Source: an uncultured virus (IMG/VR IMGVR_UViG_3300023184_000085)
Taxonomy: Duplodnaviria > Heunggongvirae > Uroviricota > Caudoviricetes
Virus record (IMG/VR): IMGVR_UViG_3300023184_000085
Direction: 5' to 3' (one strand)
DNA: 64,000 nucleotides
The notes below the pieces were generated by a model that was not told the DNA's origin, searched no databases, and was given only the letters and a program-made list of their open reading frames with translations. The translations under genes and the position numbers were made by a program. Each line of letters starts with the position of its first letter. Position 1 is the first letter of the stretch. Shown piece by piece: positions 1 to 10,371 of this stretch.

Positions 1-31
1 ATAATATTTATTTTTCAAAAAGGAGATAATT

Positions 32-781
32 ATGGGAGCAACAAGTCAAGAGGGTACCGGAATAGGATCTGTAAGTAAGCTCAAGCCGCTTATCATCAAT
101 GGCGTAGTAAAAGCAGAAAACCTCGGTGTCGATATTCTACACAACTGGAAATACGACATCAATGCGACTGGCGATATGACAACCGAATCAAATGTATCCG
201 CAGATGGCGATATTTCGTCTGGTGGCGATATATCCGCTGATGGCGACATTTCGTCTAACAGCAACATATCCGCTGATGGTGACATTTTGTCTGGTGGTGC
301 TATATCCGCTGATGGTGACATTTCGTCTGGCAACAATATAACCGCAGATGGTTATATCAGGGGGGGATTAAACGGACAACACTTGAATACAAGTTTCTAT
401 ACTTTCACCGCTGGCGAATTGACCAACAACAGTAATAACTATACTGATTTCGCATCAGTTTCATACACGCCAGTATCCAACAGCAGTTCCTTGTACATCG
501 AGTACAACTCAACTTATGCTGTCGGTGGAGGCTTGGCAGATAATTTCAGATCCAGAATAACGGTCAACGATGTTGAGATAACATGGAGAAACCAATCATG
601 GGCAAATAGTGCTGGCGGTGGCACTAGAAGTGCGGTGCTGTTTCCCATCACCATGGTTTTTTCAAATTCTGTAACGACTGCGTTGACTATTAAAATTCAA
701 GCAAAGAGGGATGGGGCAGATGACACCCTCACATTGAACACCAACAGTGCGGTGTTGAAAGTTTCTGAATACGCAAGATAA
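32..781 (+). CDS. Putative virion-associated (fibre/decoration-like) protein with 12-aa repeats
   Basis: AAGGAG RBS; Ser/Gly/Thr-rich; SADGDISS repeats; N-terminal ~30 aa shared with the next gene. Confidence 0.6.
   Translation: MGATSQEGTGIGSVSKLKPLIINGVVKAENLGVDILHNWKYDINATGDMTTESNVSADGDISSGGDISADGDISSNSNISADGDILSGGAISADGDISSGNNITADGYIRGGLNGQHLNTSFYTFTAGELTNNSNNYTDFASVSYTPVSNSSSLYIEYNSTYAVGGGLADNFRSRITVNDVEITWRNQSWANSAGGGTRSAVLFPITMVFSNSVTTALTIKIQAKRDGADDTLTLNTNSAVLKVSEYAR
197..352 (+). repeat. Intragenic 36-bp tandem repeat (4 units plus a partial; SADGDISSxxxI)
   Basis: tccgc(a/t)gatgg(c/t)ga(c/t)attt.gtct recurs every 36 nt. Confidence 0.9.
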
Positions 782-846
782 CTTAGTCTTTATGTTAAGC
801 TAAGTTTATTGTGGTTGGTTTTTTTTATATACAAAAGGAGATTATT

Positions 847-1428
847 ATGGGAGCTACAACAACAGAAGGAACAGGAAACGGTTCTGCTTCAAACATCAAA
901 CCATTGATACTTAATGGTTCTGTTAAAACAGTAAATATCGAATCAAATGCTGTAACCGCAGCTAAACTCGATAACAACGCAGTATCAAAAGCACCATTGG
1001 TGCTTAATACCGCAGCGATAACTCTTAATTCCGGTTTTTCTGGAATACCTTTGATTTTAGACAAGGTCGATGGTATTGTCGTTACTCTTCCAGCAGCTAC
1101 TGGAACTGGCGACACTTACAAGTTTTATGTTAAAACTACTGTAACTAGCAATAGCTACAAGATTCAAGTGGCAAACGGAACCGACATCATGAGTGGTGTT
1201 GCTTTTGGTTCCGATGACGAAACGCCATTGTCTGGCACACCTACCGCAATCGATATGTGGGTTGCAGGTGCTAGCGATGACACATTTACTATGGATGGCT
1301 CTACCAAAGGTGGTAAAAAAGGCAATTATATCGAAATACTCGATATGGCTGCTGGCATGTTCCATGTAAGAGCAGTTCTTACTCAGACAGCTACTGAAGT
1401 AACACCTTTCAGTAACGCAGTTTCCTAA
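847..1428 (+). CDS. Putative virion structural/decoration protein
   Basis: AAGGAG RBS before ATG 847; MGATTTEGTGNGS N-terminus paralogous to 32..781; VTLPAATGTG motif typical of small phage structural proteins. Confidence 0.6.
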   Translation: MGATTTEGTGNGSASNIKPLILNGSVKTVNIESNAVTAAKLDNNAVSKAPLVLNTAAITLNSGFSGIPLILDKVDGIVVTLPAATGTGDTYKFYVKTTVTSNSYKIQVANGTDIMSGVAFGSDDETPLSGTPTAIDMWVAGASDDTFTMDGSTKGGKKGNYIEILDMAAGMFHVRAVLTQTATEVTPFSNAVS

Positions 1429-1438
1429 GTTTAATTTG

Positions 1439-1470
1439 ATCTGCATCTTGGTTTTTGCCAAGATGCAGAT
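1439..1470. terminator. Hairpin between convergent genes, likely terminator
   Basis: Perfect 13-bp inverted repeat atctgcatcttgg/ccaagatgcagat with a 6-nt loop. Confidence 0.7.
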
Positions 1471-1983
1471 TTACTTATCACCATAATTAATCAACAAATG
1501 CAATCCTCTTGTAATCAATCCGCTTAAATTAGTTATAGTTCCATTGCCTTCTATGGAAATATTATCTGTTTCGTTATTTTCGATCCAAATCAAAGCAAAC
1601 AAAAGATTCTCTCTTTTTTTAAGTTCGCTTATCATTTGATTTATTGTCGTTAGAGACAAATCACTAACACCATACTCCAATGACTTATCATGTTTTGGGA
1701 AACTTTGAGCTATAGCGACATACAAACAAGCATCTATTTTATCTACCAGCAAAGATTTATGTTTATTGAATTTGACGAAGATATGATTTTCGTTTTTGGT
1801 ATAGCTTATATCGCCTTCGTTGAATATATCTCTATCATCAAATAAGCAACAAAAGTTATTTATGAATTCCTGATTTATATGTTTGAATTCAATTGTCATT
1901 GGATCTTTTATTGAAAAATCAACATCTGAAACTCCCGGAACTGATTTTAAATAATTAATTAATTTGACAAATTTCTCTATCAT
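1471..1983 (-). CDS. Hypothetical protein
   Basis: ORF; probable ATG at 1983 overlapping the upstream stop codon. Confidence 0.6.
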   Translation of the reverse strand: MIEKFVKLINYLKSVPGVSDVDFSIKDPMTIEFKHINQEFINNFCCLFDDRDIFNEGDISYTKNENHIFVKFNKHKSLLVDKIDACLYVAIAQSFPKHDKSLEYGVSDLSLTTINQMISELKKRENLLFALIWIENNETDNISIEGNGTITNLSGLITRGLHLLINYGDK

Positions 1984-2504
1984 GTTGCCTCGATTATTTT
2001 TTTCTTTATAAGATTTTCGAACAATTTCATAAGATGCTTGCACATTCCCGGTGACTTGCTTGGATTTGCTTCAAATAAACCTTTAGAATTATAGTTTTCT
2101 TTTTTTCTTCCATAAAGAGACTTGTCTTTAGAGTTGTATTGATGGAATCTCCACATAAAGTCATCACAAGAGCAACGAATTAGGACATCGTTAACTTTTA
2201 TTTTTGGTTTTTCGAAATTATGTTGTTTTCCATATTCGTCAAATATCTTTGTTGATTTTTTAAAATCTTTATAATTTATATCTTTTATCAAAGCTAAAGT
2301 TTTGTATTTTGTGTGTTTTTCTGTATTTTCTGTAATTGATTTGATAAATAGGGTATTCAATCCAATATATGGTATAAATTTTAAATCTCTTACTTCTATA
2401 ACATCAACTACATGTTGTCTAAAACTAGTGTTTGGAAAAGCACTTAATGTGCTTTTGTAGAGCTTCAGAAATGTTGTCTCGTTAAAATTAAAATTTGTAC
2501 TCAT
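1980..2504 (-). CDS. SWIM-type zinc-finger protein
   Basis: CSCxDF...CKH signature. Confidence 0.7.
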   Translation of the reverse strand: MSTNFNFNETTFLKLYKSTLSAFPNTSFRQHVVDVIEVRDLKFIPYIGLNTLFIKSITENTEKHTKYKTLALIKDINYKDFKKSTKIFDEYGKQHNFEKPKIKVNDVLIRCSCDDFMWRFHQYNSKDKSLYGRKKENYNSKGLFEANPSKSPGMCKHLMKLFENLIKKKIIEAT

Positions 2505-2552
2505 AATTTATTTATTGGTTTACTAATTTATTTTGTTAAGTTTAGAGGTTTT

Positions 2553-2852
2553 ATGGTTCAAATTATATCAAAAACTCATAATGACTTTGATCCTCAAAAA
2601 AGGAAAAAATTCGAAGTGAAAATGCGTTTACATAGTGGCATGATTGAAAAAGCTATATTTATTGACAATCAAATGCTTGATTGGACAATTGATATCAGTT
2701 CTTATTTAGAATGCAAGAAGATGGGAACGGAATACAAGCATGCTGCTCAACAAGATATAGAAAAACATTTTATAGATTCTGTTTCAGATTTTTTAAATAG
2801 AAAAGTTACTATTGATGAAATTAAAGCAGCCATCAAGATTGGATGGATCTGA
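2553..2852 (+). CDS. Hypothetical protein
   Basis: GAGG RBS, 99-aa ORF. Confidence 0.65.
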   Translation: MVQIISKTHNDFDPQKRKKFEVKMRLHSGMIEKAIFIDNQMLDWTIDISSYLECKKMGTEYKHAAQQDIEKHFIDSVSDFLNRKVTIDEIKAAIKIGWI

Positions 2853-2907
2853 TAATCGCAAGATATATTTTCTTTTAAGGGGGTGATTTTCACTTTTTAT
2901 CTTGCGA

Positions 2908-4647
2908 TTATCTATTTGTCAAATCAGAAACAAACTCCGAATAATCCATCGTAAAATAAACAGATTCGTTTTTATTCATTGCGTTCACAAACATATCCAC
3001 AATATAATTAATTACATCAGGGTATTGTTGTATGTTAGGATCTTTTTGAAGCCTATTGTTGAGTGAAGTTTTTATACCACCTAAATTCATTCCCGACTTT
3101 CCTTTTTCGATAACTTGTATCATGTTTCCAATTTCATCTAAGATTGTATTTTTAGATCCTTGTGGCGGGAATTTTTTAGACAAAATTGCTGAAAGTTCAG
3201 GATTTACTTCTACGGGAGATCCTGATAAAGCCGCAGCACTTCCAGCAACTGATGGCAAGTACCATTTCCCACCTTGAAATGTATATTCAACTTCACTTGT
3301 TGGGTATTTGCTATTTAATTCTCCTATTATTACACTGTCAGTAACTTCTGCACCTGCTGGATTGCTAGTCGGATCGGGGTTTTTATTAATGTCGGGTGGT
3401 GGCAAATACCATTTATCTTTTAAAAATAAATAATTTGATTTATAGGAATATGATTTGTTGAGAGAAACTATTTGTGGACTTTTAAGTTTGTATTTGGCGG
3501 AACTACCATCTTTTAAAGGTAGGCTAAATTGTAAAATGCTAGTAATTTTATCTTTCATGGCCTTGTCTTGTATCGATGGAAAATCAACTGGTTTTCCTGT
3601 GCTTAAATTTTCAAAAGCAGTTTTGAATTCGCCATAAACCTTAGCCAGTCCTGCCGACTTTACTTTTGGAGCAGTGGGTTCTTTGGGATCTTCTGCTTGT
3701 CCCATTTGATCGCCAGAAATAAGTGGTGAAATAATTTTATTTAATTTTTGTAGTTGCACCACCAATGGTATTTTTTTGTCTGGTATTGCATTTATAAGAA
3801 CTTTTAAATTCTCGACAGCATCTTCAATCGAGTTTCTCTCACCTTGATCGAGGCTAGAATTATAGCCAGCTTTAGCGCCTTTAACCATGCCTTTGAAGCC
3901 ACCAGAGAACAAGCCTCCGATAGCCCCTACTGCACCACTACCAAGAGCGTCTAAAGTTGCCCCAAACGCTTCGTCTAGGTCGCCAACATTTTTTACATTT
4001 TTCAAAAATGTTTTAACATTAATATCATTAGACCTTAAAAGTTTTTCGGTTTTTTTCCATTCATCTAACAATTTACTGTCAATTAAATTATTTGTATTTT
4101 TATTTACAATTTTAGGTTTATATGTTGTATTTGATCCGTATGATTCTTTCAACGATTTTTTATTAGATGGTTTTTCGTAATTATAAGATTCGTTTGCTTT
4201 TTGAACCTTTGGAATCACAGATTGAATCGCATTTATAGTATCCCCTAATAATTTATTAAGATCAGCTTGTTTGCCTAACAGTCCACCTCTTTTTAAACTA
4301 TTCAAATAACTTTGTTGTAATGCTTTTAAAGATTGTAACGATCTTTGCACCATAGCCTGTCTTGCTGGGTCTTTCATTGCATTTTGCAATGCAGACAACG
4401 CTTTTGCCGCAGGTGCGGGAGCAGGAGCAGGTGCGGGAGCAGGAGCAGGAGCAGGTGCTGCTAATTCAAACAAATAACTTTTATTAATATATTTTGCAAT
4501 TTGATTTTCATTTACATTAAAATCTTCGCTATAGATCCATTGGACATAAGATTCTGGATTAATTCCAATATCATATAGTTTGTTAAAACATTCCAAGGCA
4601 AGGTTTTCTGTTCGTTTCCACTGTTGATATTCATTAAAAGGAATCAT
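2908..4647 (-). CDS. Large protein, candidate internal head protein
   Basis: GGAG RBS; MIPFNEY N-terminus; (PA)n tract; Gly-rich segment; duplicated KWYLP motif. Confidence 0.6.
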   Translation of the reverse strand: MIPFNEYQQWKRTENLALECFNKLYDIGINPESYVQWIYSEDFNVNENQIAKYINKSYLFELAAPAPAPAPAPAPAPAPAAKALSALQNAMKDPARQAMVQRSLQSLKALQQSYLNSLKRGGLLGKQADLNKLLGDTINAIQSVIPKVQKANESYNYEKPSNKKSLKESYGSNTTYKPKIVNKNTNNLIDSKLLDEWKKTEKLLRSNDINVKTFLKNVKNVGDLDEAFGATLDALGSGAVGAIGGLFSGGFKGMVKGAKAGYNSSLDQGERNSIEDAVENLKVLINAIPDKKIPLVVQLQKLNKIISPLISGDQMGQAEDPKEPTAPKVKSAGLAKVYGEFKTAFENLSTGKPVDFPSIQDKAMKDKITSILQFSLPLKDGSSAKYKLKSPQIVSLNKSYSYKSNYLFLKDKWYLPPPDINKNPDPTSNPAGAEVTDSVIIGELNSKYPTSEVEYTFQGGKWYLPSVAGSAAALSGSPVEVNPELSAILSKKFPPQGSKNTILDEIGNMIQVIEKGKSGMNLGGIKTSLNNRLQKDPNIQQYPDVINYIVDMFVNAMNKNESVYFTMDYSEFVSDLTNR

Positions 4648-4666
4648 ATTAATCGTTCTCCGTAAA

Positions 4667-5479
4667 TTACTCAGTAATTATATATTCTCTCCACATTAAT
4701 TGTACAAAAGGTAAAGCAGGAATTTTTTTATTTTTATCATAACAAAATCCTATATTTCCATTTGTTTTCTGATCCCACTCTTTAATTTTAAAAATTGGGC
4801 AAGCATATGCATGATGTGTCAGAAGTTGATTTTCCATAGATCTAATTGCAATTGTAACTCCTATGACCTTGTTGTTCTTTTTGTTAAATACTGGGCCACC
4901 AGAGTCGCCAAAAATCGTATAAGAGCTAAAACGATACATTCCCTCAAACACCTTTGGTTCACGAATGAATGTAGAATTCATTTCTCCAGATTCGTATCTA
5001 ATATCGTCTCCCAAACCATAACCTACTTTGAATATTTTCGAAGACACAAAAAGATCGACATCAAAATCAAACATTGCTTCGTAACACTTAAAAGGACTTT
5101 CAAAAATAACAATGGCCAAATCTTGAGTTGAATTTTTAGCAAATATTTGTCCTACAAATTTATCGAATTTATCTAATCTTAATTTTTTATCAAATCGGGG
5201 AACAGATATGTTTAAATCTCCATTTAGTGATTCGACAATATGAGCAGCCGTAACAACTATGTTTCTATATTTGTCTCCTGATTTTTCAGATCGAACTACA
5301 AATCCCGAAGCCACTCCTTCTTTTTTTTCTTCATTTTTTTGTTTATAAGTCAGTTTCACTGTTGGACATAAGCATTTTTCGTAAAAATTTTTAATTTCGA
5401 TTTCTTCGGAAGTAGTTTTTTCATTTGCGAAAGTAATACATATTACGGATAGAAATATTGCAATTGATAGTTTGTACAT
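4667..5479 (-). CDS. Trypsin-like serine protease with signal peptide
   Basis: TAAH, DLA and GDSGGP catalytic motifs; hydrophobic N-terminus. Confidence 0.9.
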   Translation of the reverse strand: MYKLSIAIFLSVICITFANEKTTSEEIEIKNFYEKCLCPTVKLTYKQKNEEKKEGVASGFVVRSEKSGDKYRNIVVTAAHIVESLNGDLNISVPRFDKKLRLDKFDKFVGQIFAKNSTQDLAIVIFESPFKCYEAMFDFDVDLFVSSKIFKVGYGLGDDIRYESGEMNSTFIREPKVFEGMYRFSSYTIFGDSGGPVFNKKNNKVIGVTIAIRSMENQLLTHHAYACPIFKIKEWDQKTNGNIGFCYDKNKKIPALPFVQLMWREYIITE

Positions 5480-5498
5480 TTTTTCCTCGGAGGTTTAT

Positions 5499-5867
5499 AT
5501 GAACTTTAGAAGCATCATTAATAGTATAGTTATCGTTATGACTCTAGTATTGTGTTTTGTGTACGCACAAAAAAAAGGATTTACATTTGCTAGTGGTATG
5601 CCAAAACTGAATTGGGAGTCGTTTCCAAGCGAAAAAGAACCCCAAAAAAATGAAAATTTTAAAAAGGAAGATAAAAATCATCCTAAAAAAGACGAAAAAA
5701 TAGATCAAAAGCCAAAAGAAAAGACCGAACCAAAACAAGATGTAAAACCAAAACAAGATGAAGACAAAAAAGAATTAGAAGATAAAAAACAAGAAGAGCC
5801 ACAAAACACTAGACCAAGATTGTTTCGCAGGGGAATAATTCAAAATTGTGGACCCGGTGGTGTTTGA
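5499..5867 (+). CDS. Membrane-anchored Lys/Glu-rich protein
   Basis: GGAGG RBS; N-terminal hydrophobic helix; charged low-complexity tail. Confidence 0.6.
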   Translation: MNFRSIINSIVIVMTLVLCFVYAQKKGFTFASGMPKLNWESFPSEKEPQKNENFKKEDKNHPKKDEKIDQKPKEKTEPKQDVKPKQDEDKKELEDKKQEEPQNTRPRLFRRGIIQNCGPGGV

Positions 5868-5896
5868 AACATTTAAACAACTATGGTCATAGTTGG

Positions 5897-6499
5897 TTAT
5901 TGAACATTTAGCTCTGGTATTTTCAAAATCAAAGTTTTCATATTACTTTGTACCCATGCTTGGAATAATTTTTCGTTATTCTGAGCATGAGCTTCCGAAG
6001 CTGGATCGTTGTGCATGGTTAATTTTTCTTTTGTTTTGCTTTGAAAATCTTCAACATGAGTTGCTTCGTGAATTATAGTGGATGCTATTTGAATGATTCT
6101 ATTTAAATCATCTTTTATTTCTGTAATAATCCTTCTGACATTAACACGAATAGTATCTGTTTCTTGTATTCGATTTACATCTATATCTGGAAACATTTGT
6201 TTGATATATGCATTTGGAAGGGTTTGTATTTGATTTTTATCTACTTTTCCATAATGAATAATTTTAGTATCAACATCTGGAGGCAGTATTTTTTTGTTTT
6301 CTTTGGACATAAAAATACCATAAACTCCAGAAGCCAAATTACCAACAACAGACACTTTAGACAAAAGTCGTTTACCCTCTGGCCACGACTCTGCTAATTT
6401 CAAAGCAACATCTGATTTGTTGTAAATCAAATCGATCTGAGAGACATCTGGTTCTTTTGTTAATTGTTCAAGCCATAATTTAAAATTTAAATCTACCAT
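5897..6499 (-). CDS. Putative zinc metallopeptidase-domain protein (HExxH)
   Basis: IIHEATH motif plus a downstream Glu (SEAHA); LNFKLWLE N-terminus. Confidence 0.6.
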   Translation of the reverse strand: MVDLNFKLWLEQLTKEPDVSQIDLIYNKSDVALKLAESWPEGKRLLSKVSVVGNLASGVYGIFMSKENKKILPPDVDTKIIHYGKVDKNQIQTLPNAYIKQMFPDIDVNRIQETDTIRVNVRRIITEIKDDLNRIIQIASTIIHEATHVEDFQSKTKEKLTMHNDPASEAHAQNNEKLFQAWVQSNMKTLILKIPELNVQ

Positions 6500-6508
6500 C
6501 AAAAACCT

Positions 6509-6781
6509 CTATTGATAAGGAATTTTTACTTTTACTGTAATGTATTGTTTGCCTTTTACATTATTGACAAACACACACACTGTTTGAGAATATGGGTTAA
6601 AAGAAACTATATTCCAAGGAATGAATTTGTTTATAAGATTATCAAAAAACGCCTTGGTAGAGCTAGGTCTATATTGATTCAAACCTGACTTTTCTTTATA
6701 GTCTTGATCGTCAATAAGTGCTAGAAATGTCTGTTTAGACAATTTTTGAATATTTTGACATGCTCTTTTTTGAAAATACAT
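6509..6781 (-). CDS. Hypothetical protein
   Basis: 90-aa ORF filling the space between genes. Confidence 0.5.
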   Translation of the reverse strand: MYFQKRACQNIQKLSKQTFLALIDDQDYKEKSGLNQYRPSSTKAFFDNLINKFIPWNIVSFNPYSQTVCVFVNNVKGKQYITVKVKIPYQ

Positions 6782-6836
6782 TAAAGTTTCTCTTATATTA
6801 GGACTTTAAGTTTATTTAGGATGCAATAATCGATTT

Positions 6837-7058
6837 ATGCAAGATAAATTAAATGATTGTTATTTCTATTTCGAGAACGAACAACCTTCGGATGACGATC
6901 ACATAAAAATAATGTGTATGGAGTGCCGTACTAAATCCAAAGCAGATATTGGTTGGTTTTGGCAAGGCAGTATAAAAGGATATGCTCCTTATGATTTTAT
7001 TTGTGATACTTGCGGATTTGCTGTACACAAACAAAAAGGTAGTGATGAAAAAATTTAA
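6837..7058 (+). CDS. Small zinc-ribbon protein
   Basis: CMEC...CDTC. Confidence 0.65.
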   Translation: MQDKLNDCYFYFENEQPSDDDHIKIMCMECRTKSKADIGWFWQGSIKGYAPYDFICDTCGFAVHKQKGSDEKI

Positions 7059-7743
7059 GTATATTTTTGACAACAAAATATCTAAAAAAGAAACAGATTG
7101 GTTATTGAGTCAATTTCCAACAGATCATGAAAACATGAATTTTATCGCATATAACGATAAAAATTTGATTTCTATTTTGAATAAAAAAAAATCACACATA
7201 GAAATAATTGTTCATGATGATGAAGAAATTGTTAATTTCTACAAAACAACTAGAGATCAAAACAAAAACCTATCAAGTGGCATGAAGAAGCTGTCTTTGA
7301 AAAAAAACACATTTTCAGAAGTCGACAAAGAAAAAGGTTTAAAACAAGCTGAAAAGTTTATATTTTTACAAAAGATGGAAAAAAATAACAAGCCTATTAA
7401 CAACATAGCCAAAGCCAATATAGAATGGCAAAGCACTATCGAAAGTATAAAGTGTTATTCCGAAAGGATAAACGAAATACACTTTGTTCAAATGAAACAA
7501 AGTGATAAGTTACTAAAAACATTCAACAGTAGTGATTATTTTATTTTTATATGTTTGTACAAAGCCGACAAAAACACAAACGATATTGTAGAGTTAGAAA
7601 AAGCCATCAATAACTCAAAATCAAAAATACTTATCTTAGACACCTTTAATCCTCTTGTTAAAAAAGTATTTTCAAGTTGGAACATCAAGAAAACAAGTAA
7701 AAAGGAATCGGCTAATAATTTTTGTGTTTGGAAAAACTACTAG
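7045..7743 (+). CDS. Hypothetical protein
   Basis: Long ORF; probable start ATG 7045 after AAGG. Confidence 0.6.
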   Translation: MKKFKYIFDNKISKKETDWLLSQFPTDHENMNFIAYNDKNLISILNKKKSHIEIIVHDDEEIVNFYKTTRDQNKNLSSGMKKLSLKKNTFSEVDKEKGLKQAEKFIFLQKMEKNNKPINNIAKANIEWQSTIESIKCYSERINEIHFVQMKQSDKLLKTFNSSDYFIFICLYKADKNTNDIVELEKAINNSKSKILILDTFNPLVKKVFSSWNIKKTSKKESANNFCVWKNY

Positions 7744-7804
7744 CAACCATAAATATGATGATATAATTTGGGCAAAATTAATTTTGTTTTCAAAGGGGTC
7801 AATC

Positions 7805-8029
7805 ATGAATGATAATTGTCAAATACCAAATTGCAAAAAAAAAGCAAAAATATATAGAATCGAATCGAAAATACAACATGGAATCAACTTGAATAAAGTT
7901 GTATTCCATTTTTGCGATAACCACAAAGAAACTGAAATAAAAGACTTCATCGAAGATAAATGCAGCAAAAAATCCTTAAAAAAACAAATGGTAAATCCAT
8001 TCGTTGATGTTGAGAATTTAATTAAGTGA
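7805..8029 (+). CDS. Small Cys/His (zinc-finger-like) protein
   Basis: AAGGGG RBS; CxxxxC...CxxH. Confidence 0.5.
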   Translation: MNDNCQIPNCKKKAKIYRIESKIQHGINLNKVVFHFCDNHKETEIKDFIEDKCSKKSLKKQMVNPFVDVENLIK

Positions 8030-8244
8030 TAAAACTAAACTTCAAAGAATTCTGGACAGACCATGCTACAGACGATCCAAGCCCTTGGTCAAGCCAATCA
8101 AATGCAGATGTTGCTTTTGGTGCGACTGGAGCAAAAAGTAAATATTTAAGGAACAATTCTACTGGAAGAACTTTGTTAAATCCTGAAGAATTATACATAC
8201 ATAAGAATAGAGCTAAAACACAAGGTAGAAAAAGAAAGTTATGA
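8026..8244 (+). CDS. Small protein, candidate internal head protein
   Basis: MIKLNFKEFW N-terminus; overlaps both neighbours. Confidence 0.55.
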   Translation: MIKLNFKEFWTDHATDDPSPWSSQSNADVAFGATGAKSKYLRNNSTGRTLLNPEELYIHKNRAKTQGRKRKL

Positions 8245-8840
8245 GTTCGTTTTTAACTATATGGGAAAACATTCAGAAGTCACGAAGTGAAAAAAAGGGC
8301 ATAAAGTCTATTATTCACATTGGATACAACATATCTGAAGAATTCTGGAGTAACTTTATAAGCATACTTCAGCATTGTGATTCTATGTCTAAATTGCTTG
8401 ATGTTCCAGAACACAAAATAGTAACTTGGAAAGACAAAATAGAAACAGCTATATCCCAAGAAAAAGAATCTAATTCTTTGGTTACAGGAAAAAACAGTAA
8501 AATAGTTAAAGAAGAAAACGAATCGTCTTCGATGGATGAGAAGATGAGAAAAATCATGGAAACTCCATCTCAAGATCATGGATTGATAACATTTTTCGAA
8601 AACAAACTTCAACAAATAATAGATCAAAATCAAAATAAATTAGGTTCGTATGGATCACAAAAAATAAACAGTTTGAGAGACATACCAGAAGAAAGAAGAA
8701 ATGTGATAATTAAAAGCATCATGCAAGCAAGCATGAACATATTTTTTAGTGGCATGGATAGTGTCGATTCTATGCCCGAAAAATCAGAAGAAAAAGTTAC
8801 AAAACAAATACCAAGAACTCTACCTAAAGATATATTTTAA
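8241..8840 (+). CDS. Hypothetical protein
   Basis: ATGA-coupled ORF, 199 aa. Confidence 0.6.
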   Translation: MSSFLTIWENIQKSRSEKKGIKSIIHIGYNISEEFWSNFISILQHCDSMSKLLDVPEHKIVTWKDKIETAISQEKESNSLVTGKNSKIVKEENESSSMDEKMRKIMETPSQDHGLITFFENKLQQIIDQNQNKLGSYGSQKINSLRDIPEERRNVIIKSIMQASMNIFFSGMDSVDSMPEKSEEKVTKQIPRTLPKDIF

Positions 8841-8855
8841 TTCAAAAGAGGAATC

Positions 8856-9236
8856 ATGAGCGTTACATTTATAGAATGGCTTCAAACTAAAAACGAACAA
8901 GCAGGTAGCGATCCTAACGCTCCAGTGGTGCCTTTAGGTCACATTCCGGGTTCTAATCCGACAGCACCAACAGGAAACACAGCACCAGCAAGTAACACTC
9001 CGGCTGAACCAGATCCAGATGTAGAATTTAAAAAGACTTTGGAACCAGCAATGACAAGATTGATGGGTAAATTAAAACAAGCACATCTATCAGACCAACA
9101 AAAAAAATCATTTCTAACAAACATCATCACTGCCTTGGGACCGATTTTCGATTTAAGCGGAACACAAGTTGTTAACTCGGTAAAAAAAGGTATACAGCCA
9201 CAACAGACGGCACCGCAACCGCCACAACAACAATAA
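8856..9236 (+). CDS. Pro/Gln-rich protein, candidate internal head protein
   Basis: GAGGA RBS; MSVTFIEWLQ N-terminus; low complexity. Confidence 0.6.
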   Translation: MSVTFIEWLQTKNEQAGSDPNAPVVPLGHIPGSNPTAPTGNTAPASNTPAEPDPDVEFKKTLEPAMTRLMGKLKQAHLSDQQKKSFLTNIITALGPIFDLSGTQVVNSVKKGIQPQQTAPQPPQQQ

Positions 9237-9237
9237 C

Positions 9238-10326
9238 ATGCAAGAGCCAATTAGAAAAAAATTATCTCGTGAAGAAATACAAAAGAGGATAAACAATTCT
9301 TTATCCAACAAAGTTTCTTCTAGACTTACGTCTAGAAACGAATCAACAAAAAAACAAAAAGAAATTTTATCTGCAAGAAAGCCTGAATGCAAAAAAATAA
9401 AACAAAAGAATATAAGAAAAACCGATAAAAACTACGACCTAATAAAGAACATAGAGTTTATTGTAAATAAAAAGCGACCAATATACTTAGGCTTTGGTGG
9501 CATGGGAGATTTCGTTTTAACTCTAGCTGCATACGATACCAGAAAAACAGATAGTCACATTGTTTTTTTTGCTAACGATTCGTCTTTAGAGTTCATCAAA
9601 AATATCAACAAAATGTTTGGTGCAAGTCTTTCTATTTTTTCAAATATATATGGCTCGCAATTGTCGAGAGACGTTTACAAAGTAATTAGTTCTTCTGGTT
9701 GTTTGATGCCAAGCAATCACCTCCCAAATAATGAAAACATTTGTTATAGTGACTGGCAAAATGTAGAAAAATATAAAAAAACCATGATATTCAACACTGA
9801 TTGGAATTTAAAATACGGTAAAAATAAATCCTTGCCAGATTCAAATGTAATAGGATTAACACCAAGTGGTAGCTGGAAATCACAAAATTACAGAAGGTTT
9901 CTTGCAAAAGAAGAATTTAATACAATATATTTAAAAATATTAGAATCAAAAAAAACGCCTTTTATATTCAGCAACATATCTGATTACAAATATTATTGCA
10001 TAGCCAATAAAAATTTGACTAAAGGATTTTACCTTACCGACAAAGAAATATTTAATTTTGAAAAGAAAACAAAAACCGCAATAGATGCAAAATTTTTTAT
10101 TACTGCGGTTCACAATTGTGAAAAAATAATATCAACAGACACTTGGATAAAAACATATGCTTGTCTAATAAACTTGCCAACTACAGTTATAGCCAACAGG
10201 GATTACAATGGAAAAGATGTAAAATACGGAGGACAATCAAATTCTGATTATATTTTTCTAAACACAGATTTTTGGCCTACGCTTAAGGTTGTAGGATACA
10301 AAGATCTAATAGAATCCATCATTTAA
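9238..10326 (+). CDS. Putative GT-B glycosyltransferase (GT9/heptosyltransferase-like)
   Basis: GGMGDFVL motif, IGLTPSGS and IISTDT segments resemble GT9. Confidence 0.55.
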   Translation: MQEPIRKKLSREEIQKRINNSLSNKVSSRLTSRNESTKKQKEILSARKPECKKIKQKNIRKTDKNYDLIKNIEFIVNKKRPIYLGFGGMGDFVLTLAAYDTRKTDSHIVFFANDSSLEFIKNINKMFGASLSIFSNIYGSQLSRDVYKVISSSGCLMPSNHLPNNENICYSDWQNVEKYKKTMIFNTDWNLKYGKNKSLPDSNVIGLTPSGSWKSQNYRRFLAKEEFNTIYLKILESKKTPFIFSNISDYKYYCIANKNLTKGFYLTDKEIFNFEKKTKTAIDAKFFITAVHNCEKIISTDTWIKTYACLINLPTTVIANRDYNGKDVKYGGQSNSDYIFLNTDFWPTLKVVGYKDLIESII

Positions 10327-10371
10327 ATAATTATTGTTACAAAAAACAACTATGCAACAGTAAATATTAAC

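Noticed and set aside
197..352. 36-bp periodic repeat as a mini CRISPR array
   Set aside because: Period is a multiple of 3 inside an ORF, the variable part is too short for spacers, and changes are mostly synonymous.
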